A DNA stretch of 64,000 bases from Octopus sinensis. Lineage: Eukaryota. Position 1 is the first letter of the stretch. Each line of letters begins with the position of its first letter. The position numbers and the translations under genes were made by a program. The notes beneath the pieces were generated by a model. That model worked only from the letters and a program-made list of their open reading frames with translations, was not told the origin of the DNA and made no database searches. The stretch covers positions 62,682,001 through 62,746,000 of the forward strand of contig NC_043003.1 in the NCBI RefSeq assembly GCF_006345805.1, read 5' to 3'. Below, piece by piece: positions 1 through 11,399 of the stretch.

Positions 1-306
1 TTATCAGTGACCTAATTAGCAGTGGAGGAGAATGTTCTGAAAGTATAGGGTTTTGAATAAGAAAAAGCTGGAGGAAGTTTAGAGTTATTACTTCTGTTGG
101 TAACAAAAGATTTTTCTCTCAGGGTGAAAGGCAGACTGTCTGATACTTGTGTATGAACAGCAATGCTACATGTGAGCCCTGAATGCAGAGAACATGAAAA
201 GATTAGAATGAAATGAAATATGCATATTCCATTGCGTGAGCAAAACCAGTGTTCATGAATGTCAAAATACATATTTGTTGAGAGAAAAATTGGTCAAAAG
301 GGGAAC
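1..306 (+). mobile_element. Decayed RTE-clade LINE fragment (ORF C-terminal region); continues at 1938-2190 after two nested DNA transposons
   Basis: Translates to FSLRVKGRL..TCV..AMLH here and to GHVMGMDENSYIKKC at ~1965, resembling RTE ORF C-termini; contains stops and frameshifts. Confidence 0.65.
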
Positions 307-308
307 TA

Positions 309-1596
309 CGAGGGGCGTTCAATAAGTAATGCCTCTGACCCACTTGCAGTTGTTTGATCTAGTTGAAATTTTGCATGTGCAATTATCCATATCTCTATAG
401 ATTAAGTGGCAAATTACAGCTCTGAACTAATTGTGGTTTCTGATTTACAGGTGTTTGAACTGAGTCAAGTGTGAAATGGAGCCAGTTGAGTGTCGAGCAG
501 TGATCCGGTTTTTGTATTTGGAAGGACGCACACCACAGGAGACTTTTCATAAAATGAAAGTAGCTTATGGTGATGATGCCCCATCATATGACCTTGTAAA
601 ATATGGCATCGTGGATTCAAACATGGTTGGAACTCTGTGGAAACAACTCCCAGATCTGGTCGCCCCCCCCCCCTTCTGCCATTGATGAGGCATCTGTCCA
701 TCAAGTTGAGGTTGCCATTTTGGAAGATCGACGCATAACTATTCGCCAAATAGCCCATGAGATCAAGATTAGTACCGGGTCTGTGGAAACTATCATTCAT
801 GACCATTTGCATATGCAAAAGGTGTCTGCCAGATGGATTCCCAGGTTGCTCACACCTTTCCAGAAGCAAGAACGCGTCGAGTGCTTGAGGATGAATTTGG
901 AGATGTGCCAAGAAGATGAGTCAAAATTTTTCAAAAGACTGATTACACAGGATGAAACCTGGGTCCATCACTATGATCCAGAGACCAAAGCCCAGTCAAT
1001 GCAGTGGAATCACCGTAACTCACCTCCTCCAAAGAAGGCAAGAGTGCAGCCCTCCGCTGGCAAGGTCATGCTCACAGTTTTCTGGGACCAGGACGGAGTA
1101 GTGATGACAGATTTCCTGGCAAAGGGTACCACAATTACAGGAGCCTATTATGCTTCACTTTTGAGGAAATTAAGAGAAACTATCAAAATCAAGAGGCGGG
1201 GCAAGATCAACAAAGGCATCCTCCTCCTGCAGGACAACGCTCCGGTCCACAACTCGCTTGTCGCCAGATCAGAAGCACAGGCGTGCGGCTATGAACTCCT
1301 CCCCTACTCTCCTGACCTTGCACCCTCTGATTTTCACCTCTTCCCAGCCATGAAGTTGTTTTTGAAAGGAAAGCGTTTCCCAGATGATGCAGCCTTGATT
1401 TCTGAAGTCACGTCGTGGTTGGAGGACCAAACTGGGGTCTTCTACAAAAACGGTCTCCAGAGCTGCATCAAACGATGGGAGAAATGTGTAACTCTGGGTG
1501 GTTCCTATGTAGAAAAAGACTAATAACTTTGCCAAGTTTCGTTGCTCTACTGCTATGGGAAGTGGGTCAGGGGCATTACTTATTGAACGCCCCTCG
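309..1596 (+). mobile_element. Full-length mariner (Tc1/mariner) transposon, ~1.29 kb
   Basis: 37-bp TIRs cgaggggcgttcaataagtaatgcc(t/c)ctgacccactt with 1 mismatch; TA target duplications at 307-308 and 1597-1598; internal transposase. Confidence 0.97.
476..1523 (+). pseudogene. Mariner transposase with two frameshifts and a short in-frame deletion
   Basis: MEPVECRAVIRFL HTH start (476 frame); WHRGFKHG..PRSGRP in a second frame from 604; WIPRLL, QDETWV, LQDNAPVH and YSPDLAPSDFHLF in the 603 frame. Frame changes at ~603 and in the C11 run at 663-673. Only 31 residues lie between the second and third catalytic Asp. Confidence 0.93.
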
Positions 1597-1598
1597 TA

Positions 1599-1935
1599 CC
1601 ATATTTGATGGCCTATAAGACTTTTTTTTACCCAAAAATGGCTTTAAAAATCCCCCTGCATCCAATGCGCTCAATGTAGGCTCAAAACTAGCTCAGAACT
1701 GTATGTATGTTTACAAAACGTATGCTGCCATCTGTTAGTGAACAATTGCCTACAGTATGTTTATATCGAATGTGGATGCTATAAGTTGTTTATAATTACT
1801 GGTAATAACATAAAGTTATACAGGCAAGTGGAGGAATTAAGACATTATTTTAGTGGTAATTTATTTTACAAAAGTATAGCCTAGGCTAGGGTGTATCCTA
1901 TGCACTCGAGCATCTTATAGGCCATCTAAATACGG
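1599..1935. mobile_element. Tc2/pogo-like MITE
   Basis: TIRs ccatatttgatggcctataaga / tcttataggccatctaaatacgg; TA on both sides (1597-98, shared with the mariner, and 1936-37); no ORF. Confidence 0.8.
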
Positions 1936-3185
1936 TAGTTGTGTGCAAAAGAGAAGATTGTGCAGGTCATGTGATGGGTATGGATGAGAACAGCTATATA
2001 AAGAAGTGCCGATTGCTTAAAGTGGATAGAACTGTGGGAGAAGGAAACACAGGCACATATGAGATGAAGTGGCAAAGGCTGATCTCAGCTGTTTCAATCT
2101 TACATAGGGATGACAAAAGATTGGGACATCTGGTGATATACAGTGCTTGACAAAACCTGACCATCTCAGCAAAACTGAGATCCTAAAAGCAAAGTGTCTA
2201 AATTAAATACATAATTGGACCCCTTGCCTGATTTTTTAAATTCAATCTTCCCTCCACCCTATCATTCACTATCACTGATCTTTTCTTCACTTGCTTAATT
2301 GCAATATTCTTCTGTTGTAATAAAATGAGAGCAGAATTACACCTTTCATCATCTCTTTCTGTAATGTCAGTTGTCTTTCTCAATACCTGGAACCACTACA
2401 ATGGACTTCCCTCATTCATTCTTATATTGATCCTCTTCACTTACATTTTACATTGATCATTTCCCTCTTCTAGTCTACCATATTATCTCCCCATCTCCTC
2501 TGAACCACTTCTCGATTTGCCAATATCACCATACATCTCTTATTCTTTCCCAATACTGTTCATCTTTCTCTTCGCTCAGACTTTTTCAACTTCTCACCAC
2601 CCACACTGTAACAACCTACCCACTCACATGTCATCTCTTTCTCTCTATTCTACTACTCTTCAGCTTCTTGTACTCATATGTAACGTTGATTATCTCTTTA
2701 CCATTCACTACATTCTCCCCTAAACCCTTCTGAATTTCTAGCCATTGTCTCCTCTTCCCTACCTTCCATCCAACTCATAATTCATCATTAACGTCTCTTC
2801 AGCTTGACCCTCATTCATCATTCAGTATATTCGCCCCACCCCCGTCTCTGACCATCCCTCACTTTTTTCATATACTCTTGTTAACCTTATCCAGCCTTCT
2901 CTCCTCTTCGTCTAACCCCCCCCCCATCAACCTTGTCACAACAGTCTTTATTTTTCTTTCCAGCACCAATTACTGCTCATTCTTTTATAAAGTGAGTAAC
3001 CCTATATTCCTTCTACAGCAAGGAACTTGTTCTGCTCCCTTCCCTCACACTCTAAGCTTTCATCACTTAACACAAAGCTACCAGTTTACTTGAAGACATA
3101 AGCAAGTTTACAAATATCCAAAAACACAAGCACTCATACACATATACATCTCTGTCTGTCTGTCTTTCTCTCTCTGCATACATAC

Positions 3186-3222
<37 letters not shown>

Positions 3223-3578
3223 TACATATACATACATGTGTTTGTGTAACCGCCACACCTGTTCCACCCCCCTCCGACTTTCATCAGTTTATTCTCCCAT
3301 GCCGGTGGCATGTAAAAAGCACTATCTGAACATGATCGATGCCAAGTCTGCCTCACTGGCTCCTGTACTGGTGGCACATAAAAAGTACCCACTACACTCT
3401 TGGAGTGGCTAGTATTAGGAAGGGTGTCCAACAGTAGAAACATTGCCAGATGAGAAACTGATGCAGCTGCTGGCTCTCCAAACCTCAGTCAAACTGTCCA
3501 CTCCATGCTCGCACAGAAAACAGATGTTAAACGATGATGATGATGATATCTATCTATCTATATATATGTGTATATATA

Positions 3579-3631
<53 letters not shown>

Positions 3632-3654
3632 ATATATATGCATGTATATATATC

Positions 3655-4240
3655 AGAATCGAAATCGATCAATGGAAATTGCAGCTGAGTTACCAGTGCC
3701 GGTGGCACATAAGAGAACCATCCGAATGTGGCCATTGCCAGCGCCGCCCAGACTGGCCTCGTGCCGGTGGCACGTAAAAAGCACCATCCGTTCATGGCTG
3801 TTGCCAGCCTCGCCTGGCCCCCGTGCCGATGGCACGTAAAAAAGCACCGTCCATTCGTGGCCGTTTGCCAGACTCGTCTGGCACCACCATCCGTTCATGA
3901 CCGTTGCCAGCACTGCCCCAACTGGCCTCGTGCCGGTGGCATGTAAAAAGCACCATCCGTTCGTGGCTGTTGCCAGCCTCACCTGGCCCCGTGCCGGTGG
4001 CACGTAAAAAGCACCATCTGTCTGTGGTCGTTTGCCAGCTCCGTCTGGCACCTGTGCGGGTGGCACGTAAAAAGCACCCACTACACTCACGGAGTGGTTG
4101 GCGTTAGGAAGGGCATCCAGCCGTAGAAACACTGCCAGATCAGACTGGGCCTGATGCAGCCTTCTGGCTTCACAGACCCCAGTTGAACCGTCCAAGCCAT
4201 GCTAGCATGGAAAGCGGATGCTAAATGATGATGATGATGA
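3655..4240 (+). mobile_element. RTE-related SINE-like element with an internal tandem array (~6-7 units of ~62 bp) and a (GAT)n tail
   Basis: Repeated gtgccggtggcacgtaaaaagcaccatccg units, then ggttggcgttaggaagggcatccag...catgctagcatggaaagcgg and (GAT)n. Related copies at ~3290-3545, 12700-13010, 15925-16285, 18515-18760, 44300-44485, 49030-49492, 55400-55605 (+) and 27612-28010, 62790-63190 (-). Confidence 0.85.
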
Positions 4241-4268
4241 TGCATGTATGTATATATGTGTGTATATA

Positions 4269-4308
<40 letters not shown>

Positions 4309-4312
<4 letters not shown>

Positions 4313-5579
4313 AGTTGGACAAAATAATGGAAACAACTTAAAATTTCAAACAAATTCATTTTAATATGGGGTAGGACCGCCTTTGGCAGTAATTACTGCT
4401 TGAATTCTATGAGGAATGGACTCATACAAAGTTTGAATTGTTTCCAAGGTAATTTTTGTCCATTCTTCAGCTAAAACAGTCTCCAATTCTTGTAGTGATG
4501 ATGGTGGAGGATATCGACTCTTTACTTGTTTTTCTAAAATGCAAAATAAATGTTCAATAATATTGAGATCTGGGGACTGTGGTGACCAGATAAGAGGTTC
4601 AACTTCATTAGAATGTTCCTCATGCTATTCAGTAACAACTTTAGCTGTGTGAATTGGTGCATTATTATCCTGAAAAATTGTGTTTCCCTCTGGAAACAGT
4701 TCTGCAATCATAGGATGAATTTGATCAGATAAAATGCTTAAATAGTATTGAATATTATATCTGCCATGAAGGGAAACCATTGGGCCAGCGGTTTTTTCCA
4801 AGATAAAGCCCCCCCTCCCCGATCATCAAAGATCCTCCTCCATCTTTAACAGTTGGAAGAAAGCAGTCTGGGTCAAATGCTTCTTTTGGCTGTCTCCACA
4901 CGTATACCCAGCCGGTGGTCAGAAATAAGGTAAAGTATGACTCCTCCAGGAAAGTAACATTCTTCCACTGCTCTAGGGACCAATTCTGTAGGTTTTTATT
5001 CCACTCTAAATGCTCTGCAACATTTGTTTTTGAAAGTAGTGGTTTTCTGATTGCATCCCTCCTATGAAATCTGGCTTTGTGCAGCTCACAGCGAACAGAT
5101 TTTGTGGAAACTGGGTTCTCGAGGTGGTCATTAAGCTCTCCAGTAATTTGGCGAGTGTACTTTTGTGATCCTTTCTAACAATTCCTGTAAGAGTCCAATA
5201 GTCCCTATCAAAAAGTTTTTGTTTTTCGTCAGGTGTTTTGTTTTGACGATGAGGTTTTTCTCTCTTTCTTAAAGGCTGTCATTTCTTTCGAGACAGTACT
5301 TCTTGATACAGCAAACATTTAGGCTGTTTTCATTACGATGGTGCCTGCCATATGAGCACCAACAATTTGACCTCTTTGAAAGTCTGATAAGTCTGTTGTT
5401 TTAATGAATTTTAATTACCGTTTTCTGATGATATCTGAAAAGAAACAGCAATTTTAGTAAAACATTTTAAGCAACACTAATAATAAATCAAAACCATAAA
5501 AATAAACAAGTGTTTGACGGTTTTATAGATATTTCAAAATTATGATGTTAGGTGTTTCCATTATTTTGTCCAACCCCTG
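4309..5579 (-). mobile_element. Decayed Tc1-family (DDE) transposon inserted in a (TA)n tract
   Basis: TIRs (t)aggagttggacaaaataatggaaaca / tgtttccattattttgtccaacccctg + TA. Minus strand reads DLSDFQRGQIVGAHMAG..SRSTVSK, FQDNNAPIH and WSPQSPDLNIIEH, with stops. Confidence 0.92.
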
Positions 5580-5690
5580 TATACACACACACACACACAC
5601 ACATATAAATAAATACATACCATCCGACCCATGCCAGCATGGAAAACTGACATTAAAGGATGATGATGATGATATATATATATATATATA

Positions 5691-7343
5691 TGAATAAATA
5701 TATATATATATATACACACACACATATGTTTATATATATACATACACACATGGTACCTTAAAATATATAAACAAAACAGATCGCCTCCAGCCCTTTATAT
5801 CCCAAATAAACACAGCAGCATGTACACTCATCAAGCAAGTAGATAACATCATCAAGAATTACACTCCAGAGAAAAGTCAGGTCATTTGAGGAAACAAATG
5901 AAATAAACACCATTTCTACCCTAAATGTTCAAAGTATTTTCACTACCATTTCAATGGCAGAAACAACCAAAATTGCATTACATAATGTCTACATACAGAC
6001 TAAAATAAAGCCACCTATGATGCTTGCAAAATTATTTAGAAAACTACTGATAACTTGCACACTAGAGGCACCATTTTGCTACTATCAAAATGGCCTATAT
6101 AAGCAAAGGGTGGATTAGCAATGGTCTCTCCTCTTGGACCACATTTTCAACTACTATAGAAAACATAATGACTAAACAGAAGCATATACTATACATAGAT
6201 GACTCCCTATCACATGGTTCCAGGTTCGATCCACTGTGTGGTACCTTGGGTATGTGTCTTCTACTATAGTCTTGGGCCAACTAAAGCCTTTGTGAGTGGA
6301 TTTGGTTGACAGAAACTGAAAGTAGCCTGTCATATATATATATATATATATATAAGCAAAACATTCAAACACTGGGATTTGAAATCAGATGTCACTACTG
6401 TTCATATCGTCTGTGGATAAATTTTTAAATTGATGATAACACCAGCAGTGACATCGGTGGATCTTAGGTGCAATAGCATTAAATAGGTATGAATTATAAA
6501 TTTGTACGAAGTGTAAGGATGCTTAACAAGCATCCACCTGCTAGAAATAAGAGCTAAAGTCTTAAATTTATCGACCGTACTGCACTAAGTTAACTGAGAA
6601 AAACAGTATGCGAGGAAAACAGAAAGGATTAAAACATTTAACAGCACAAATAAAAATATTATGCAATTAGGGATTATATATATATATATTATATATATAT
6701 ATATGAATAAATATATATATATATATACACACACACATATGTTTATATATATACATACACACATGGTACCTTAAAATATATAAACAAAACAGATCGCCTC
6801 CAGCCCTTTATATCCCAAATAAACACAGCAGCATGTACACTCATCAAGCAAGTAGATAACATCATCAAGAATTACACTCCAGAGAAAAGTCAGGTCATTT
6901 GAGGAAACAAATGAAATAAACACCATTTCTACCCTAAATGTTCAAAGTATTTTCACTACCATTTCAATGGCAGAAACAACCAAAATTGCATTACATAATG
7001 TCTACATACAGACTAAAATAAAGCCACCTATGATGCTTGCAAAATTATTTAGAAAACTACTGATAACTTGCACACTAGAGGCACCATTTTGCTACTATCA
7101 AAATGGCCTATATAAGCAAAGGGTGGATTAGCAATGGTCTCTCCTCTTGGACCACATTTTCAACTACTATAGAAAACATAATGACTAAACAGAAGCATAT
7201 ACTATACATAGATGACTCCCTATCACATGGTTCCAGGTTCGATCCCACTGTGTGGTACCTTGGGTATGTGTCTTCTACTATAGTCTTGGGCCAACTAAAG
7301 CCTTTGTGAGTGGATTTGGTTGACAGAAACTGAAAGTAGCCTG

Positions 7344-7374
<31 letters not shown>

Positions 7375-7691
7375 GCAAAACATTCAAACACTGGGATTTG
7401 AAATCAGATGTCACTACTGTTCATATCGTCTGTGGATAAATTTTTAAATTGATGATAACACCAGCAGTGACATCGGTGGATCTTAGGTGCAATAGCATTA
7501 AATAGGTATGAATTATAAATTTGTACGAAGTGTAAGGATGCTTAACAAGCATCCACCTGCTAGAAATAAGAGCTAAAGTCTTAAATTTATCGACCGTACT
7601 GCACTAAGTTAACTGAGAAAAACAGTATGCGAGGAAAACAGAAAGGATTAAAACATTTAACAGCACAAATAAAAATATTATGCAATTAGGG

Positions 7692-7720
<29 letters not shown>
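5691..7720 (+). repeat. Near-identical ~1.01 kb tandem duplication (5691-~6690 and 6704-~7720)
   Basis: The copies differ only by a 1-base indel in a C run (gatccact vs gatcccact) and by the length and end of the TA tracts; both ends lie in (TA)n. Confidence 0.95.
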
Positions 7721-7726
<6 letters not shown>

Positions 7727-8440
7727 ATAATAATAATATGTGTGTGTGTGTGTGTGTATTCATTTCTTTGTGTCTGTGTTTGTCCCCTCACAGCTTGACA
7801 ACTGGTGTTGGTGTGTTTACATCCCTGTAACTTAGCTGTTTGGGAAAAGAGAATGAGAGAATAAATATTAGGCTTGAAAAATATTAAGTCCTGGAGTCAA
7901 TTTGTTTGACTGGAACCCTTCAAGGTAGTCTAAGAACTGAAACAAGTAAAAGATAACTATAATGAACACATCAGAATATGAGAAATTAAGGGAGGACCTT
8001 TGAAATAACATCCAAAGCAATTCTAGTATGACTACATTTCTAGACAAAAACATTTAAAAACAATAAATGCATTACTTCAGTTTGTACCAAAGACACAAAG
8101 AAATGCATATATCTACATGGAGATAAGGAATTCTCACATAACTACCAAATGACAGTGGAAAAATCATCGCTTAGAACAGCATCTCCTGCATACAAAACTT
8201 GAGATAAAGAAATACATGGAATAAAACAAGTCCTAATGATGGATGACTGTAACTGACTGATAGAAGAAGCTACTAAGGAATTTAGACAGAAATACCAAGC
8301 AACGATTATATTAGACAATATCCCTACTAAGAATACACAACTTACATACAGTGTATTCATTATGAGTGAAATGCAAGCCAAGTATAAAACAGATGAATGC
8401 ATAATCAAAAATCTTATTAAACGAAACACCACCTCTAACT
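5760..8440 (+). mobile_element. Decayed Penelope-like RT fragment, partly duplicated and interrupted by a SINE
   Basis: ISQINTA..LIKQVDNIIKNY, TLNVQSIFTTISMAETTKI, GGLAMVSPLGP and YIDD (5760-6205; repeated 6770-7217); continuation KYKTDECIIKNLIKRN at ~8380. Confidence 0.7.
7222..7955 (+). mobile_element. OK-type tRNA-derived SINE split by an insertion in its internal TA tract
   Basis: 5' half (ggttcgatccc box B; gccttgtgagtggatttgg-like body) at 7222-7345; 3' half (tgtgtttgtcccc...gaaacaagtaaaag) at 7740-7955. Confidence 0.75.
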
Positions 8441-8635
8441 ATATCAGAAAAATTACCCCCCAGGACAAATTCCCTCGACAACAACTACTCCATAGGATAA
8501 TCACTCCCCGTGGTTAAATACCCCCTCTCCAATATATTAAGAAGTTTAAATCATCATATGTTGTCCTCAGAGGTAATTGTCCTTGGGGAGTTATTATCCA
8601 TTGGAGATAAATGTCCTATATTCCCTCTAACGACT

Positions 8636-11140
8636 GAATTTCACATGAGTGAACCAAACTGGAAGGTAGTGTAGGAAGTTATCAAAGCAGTAAAGTCAGC
8701 CTCTACTCCAGGACCCAGTGTAGTACTACACAGTGTTTGCAAATGTTGTCCCAGATGCCTTCAGCTACTGTGAAAGATGCTGAAAGTGATCTACTTTAGA
8801 GAAACAGTTGCCAATGAGTGAAGGTGTACTAAGGATGTTTGGATCCCTAAGGAGGAGAATTCTTAAATGACTGAGAAGTTCAGGGCCATCTCACTTCTCA
8901 GCATTGATGGAAACCTTATTTTCAGTATCTTGTCCTGCTGGTTGACAAAGTTCCCTAAAGATTCATCATTACAGAAAGGTGGGATTGCTGAAACACCTGG
9001 CTGCATGGAGCATACAGGGGTACAGACACAAATTTGAAGATAAGTGATAAATGGCAAGAAATCTAGTGGTTGGATCTCACAAAAGCCTGTGGGTCAATAC
9101 CACACAGGCCAGTAGAAGAGGTTGTTTTGTGACATCCTCCTAGTAAGATCAACAACTTCATTCAGAAGCATTATTGCACCTTCTAGATGAGAGCTACTTC
9201 TGGATCCACCTCATCAGAGTGGAATGGATTAGAGAAAGGAAGTATAACAGGCAGCACTATTTCAGTAATCCATTTTTGTTCTCACTATGGACATGATAGC
9301 AGAAATAACAGGGATAGATGCTCATGCATAATCAGTTACTGGTTGCAGGTGGACTTGAGAAACACATTCCATGGGCAATGATGAGCTTCAAACCATCAAA
9401 GTTTGGGGCACTTGTGCTGAAGAGAAGGAGAGTGATGGAAAACTTCTACCTATCCAAAACCATTATCTCCAAATTTATAGAACAGCAACCAATCAACAGC
9501 TTGGATAAACTCTTTGATAGTATCTTGAAAGAGACAATTGCCACCTGCAGAACCAACAGAGACCTTGTGAACTAGGTTACAAAGGTTGACAATTTGAGTT
9601 GCCAGGTTGCTTCAAGGTTTGTATATACCAACATACCATCCTGCTCCGGGTGTTGGAACCTCTGTCACCATACAATATCAATATGTCAAGTGTAGAAATC
9701 CTGAAAAATATCAGCAGCTTTTGAGCCTAAGCAGTATTACTATGTAAAGATCCATCAACACCCTACGCCTCTTCTTCAGTCACCTTGCAGTAGAGTTAGT
9801 GGTGACACAAACAAGAGAAGCCACATGGTACAGAAATTCAGGGATACTAAAGTAACAGTAGCAGGCAGGTAGAAAGTGAGATGCTGCCAAAGACTGGCAG
9901 AGGAGTGGCTGAGGTAGGAGGAGCTTGTTGGGACAATGGAAATAGGGTATTCAGGCTTAGGCTAGTTTTCAACCTGCCAGATTAGTAACACTATAGGAAA
10001 AGAGCAACAACATCTCTATAGAGGAAGCATGAGCTAGCAGGATGGTGGGACTCAACCAATGAGGAACCTGGACAAGATGGGCTTACATTCTGTAACAGAA
10101 CATCACTTGGTTGGATTTCTAACACACTGACACCCATTGCATCAGTTTCTCAATCCAGGTTCTTTATGATACCAAGTTTGACAAATGGAGCACGAGTAAA
10201 GCACCCTGCTGTCTTTGTGCTTTGAAAGAAGGTCCTTCACATTTTCTCAATAGCTGCTCCATAGTGACATGATCAGATTCTGAAGGCATTTGCAGAGGAT
10301 GTAATGACAGCCAATCAACCCATTAAACACCACCCAGGGAAAGAGTGCATCACTATTCACAAAGCTGAGGAATTACAACCATGTTTCGTGGTCTGCTACC
10401 ACAACAGCTCCTTTATAGGATCCAGTTAGCTTAAGACATCATCAGGAGGAACCACGTCCGGTTTCGGCCCCTACTCCACTACCGTTTTGACATGGTGGGG
10501 CCCCCGCTTTTGGAGGTGTCTTCAGCTCTGGTTTTGGGTGCATGTCTTCTTCATCTTTCTTCTGTTCCCTGGCCTCTTTGTTCATAGAATTGTTCATAGA
10601 GGCATTAATGAATTCTTGTACTTACCACAGGCCCCAGACTGGCAGCTGAAGGTGGATCTCGACAAACAATTGAAGTTCCCAAAGCACATCACATCAGTAA
10701 AACTTTCCCCAGACATTTTCATCTTCCTAGATTTTACCAAACAAGTGATCATGTGGAAACTGTGCCTTGAGAAGAATACATCGTAGACTCATTAGAGAAA
10801 GATTGCCAACTACCAGGAGTTAGTAGAGAAGTGCAGAAAGGATGGCTGCAAATCATTTGAAGTAAGCCACTGGAGTTTTGTGGGATATTCACTCTGCAGA
10901 GCTCTGACTGGACTTGGAGTTACTGGTACAGTAAAGAAAAGGACAATACATTCTGTCTCCAAAGTCACGTAGAAAACTTTGGATAAAGAGAGCAGACCAG
11001 TAGTTTGTTTATGACTTCTGAGATACAATCTGGGATTTGATCAACCCTAGCTGGGTCAACTGGGCAAGGTAGAGACCTAGTGTTGAAAGACCTAAAACCT
11101 TCTATGCCCCCAGAAATATCATTTATGATGCATTCCATAG
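8636..11140 (+). mobile_element. 5'-truncated, decayed Hero-clade (restriction-like endonuclease) non-LTR retrotransposon
   Basis: EPNWKVV.EVIKAVKSASTPGPS, FRAISLLSIDGK and QKGGIAETPGCMEH (RT); APDWQLKVDLDKQLKFPKHITSVKLSPDI..KQVIM and YQELVEKCRKDG (REL endonuclease); 3' UTR gttgaaagacctaaaacc...tgatgcattcc. Confidence 0.8.
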
Positions 11141-11399
11141 TATCCAAGGGAAGTAAATTGGAACAACACACATACACACATATATAAATATATATACAGA
11201 GAAATATATATATACACAGCGAGGAAGAGAGATGGAGAGGGATGTGTATATGTGTGTGCATGTACTATGTATATGTATGCATATATATATATATATATAT
11301 ATATACATATGTCTGTGTGAGTATGTATATATGTGTGTGTGTGTGTGTGTATGCGTTTGCACAGTAAAAAAAAAAGATAAGAAAGAAATGGATGTAATT

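Noticed and set aside
603-1523. Intact or domesticated (SETMAR-like) transposase gene
   Set aside because: The N-terminus lies in other frames, TIRs and TA duplications are intact, and no SET exon is seen; this is a TE copy.
2200-3100. Pyrimidine-rich segment (and purine-rich 57040-57560) as a specific LINE or exon
   Set aside because: The strand bias suggests a decayed retroelement, but I could not identify diagnostic motifs.
8445-8625. Short MITE-like segment with ggacaa/ttgtcc subrepeats
   Set aside because: Inverted subrepeats are visible, but termini and TSD are too degenerate to call.
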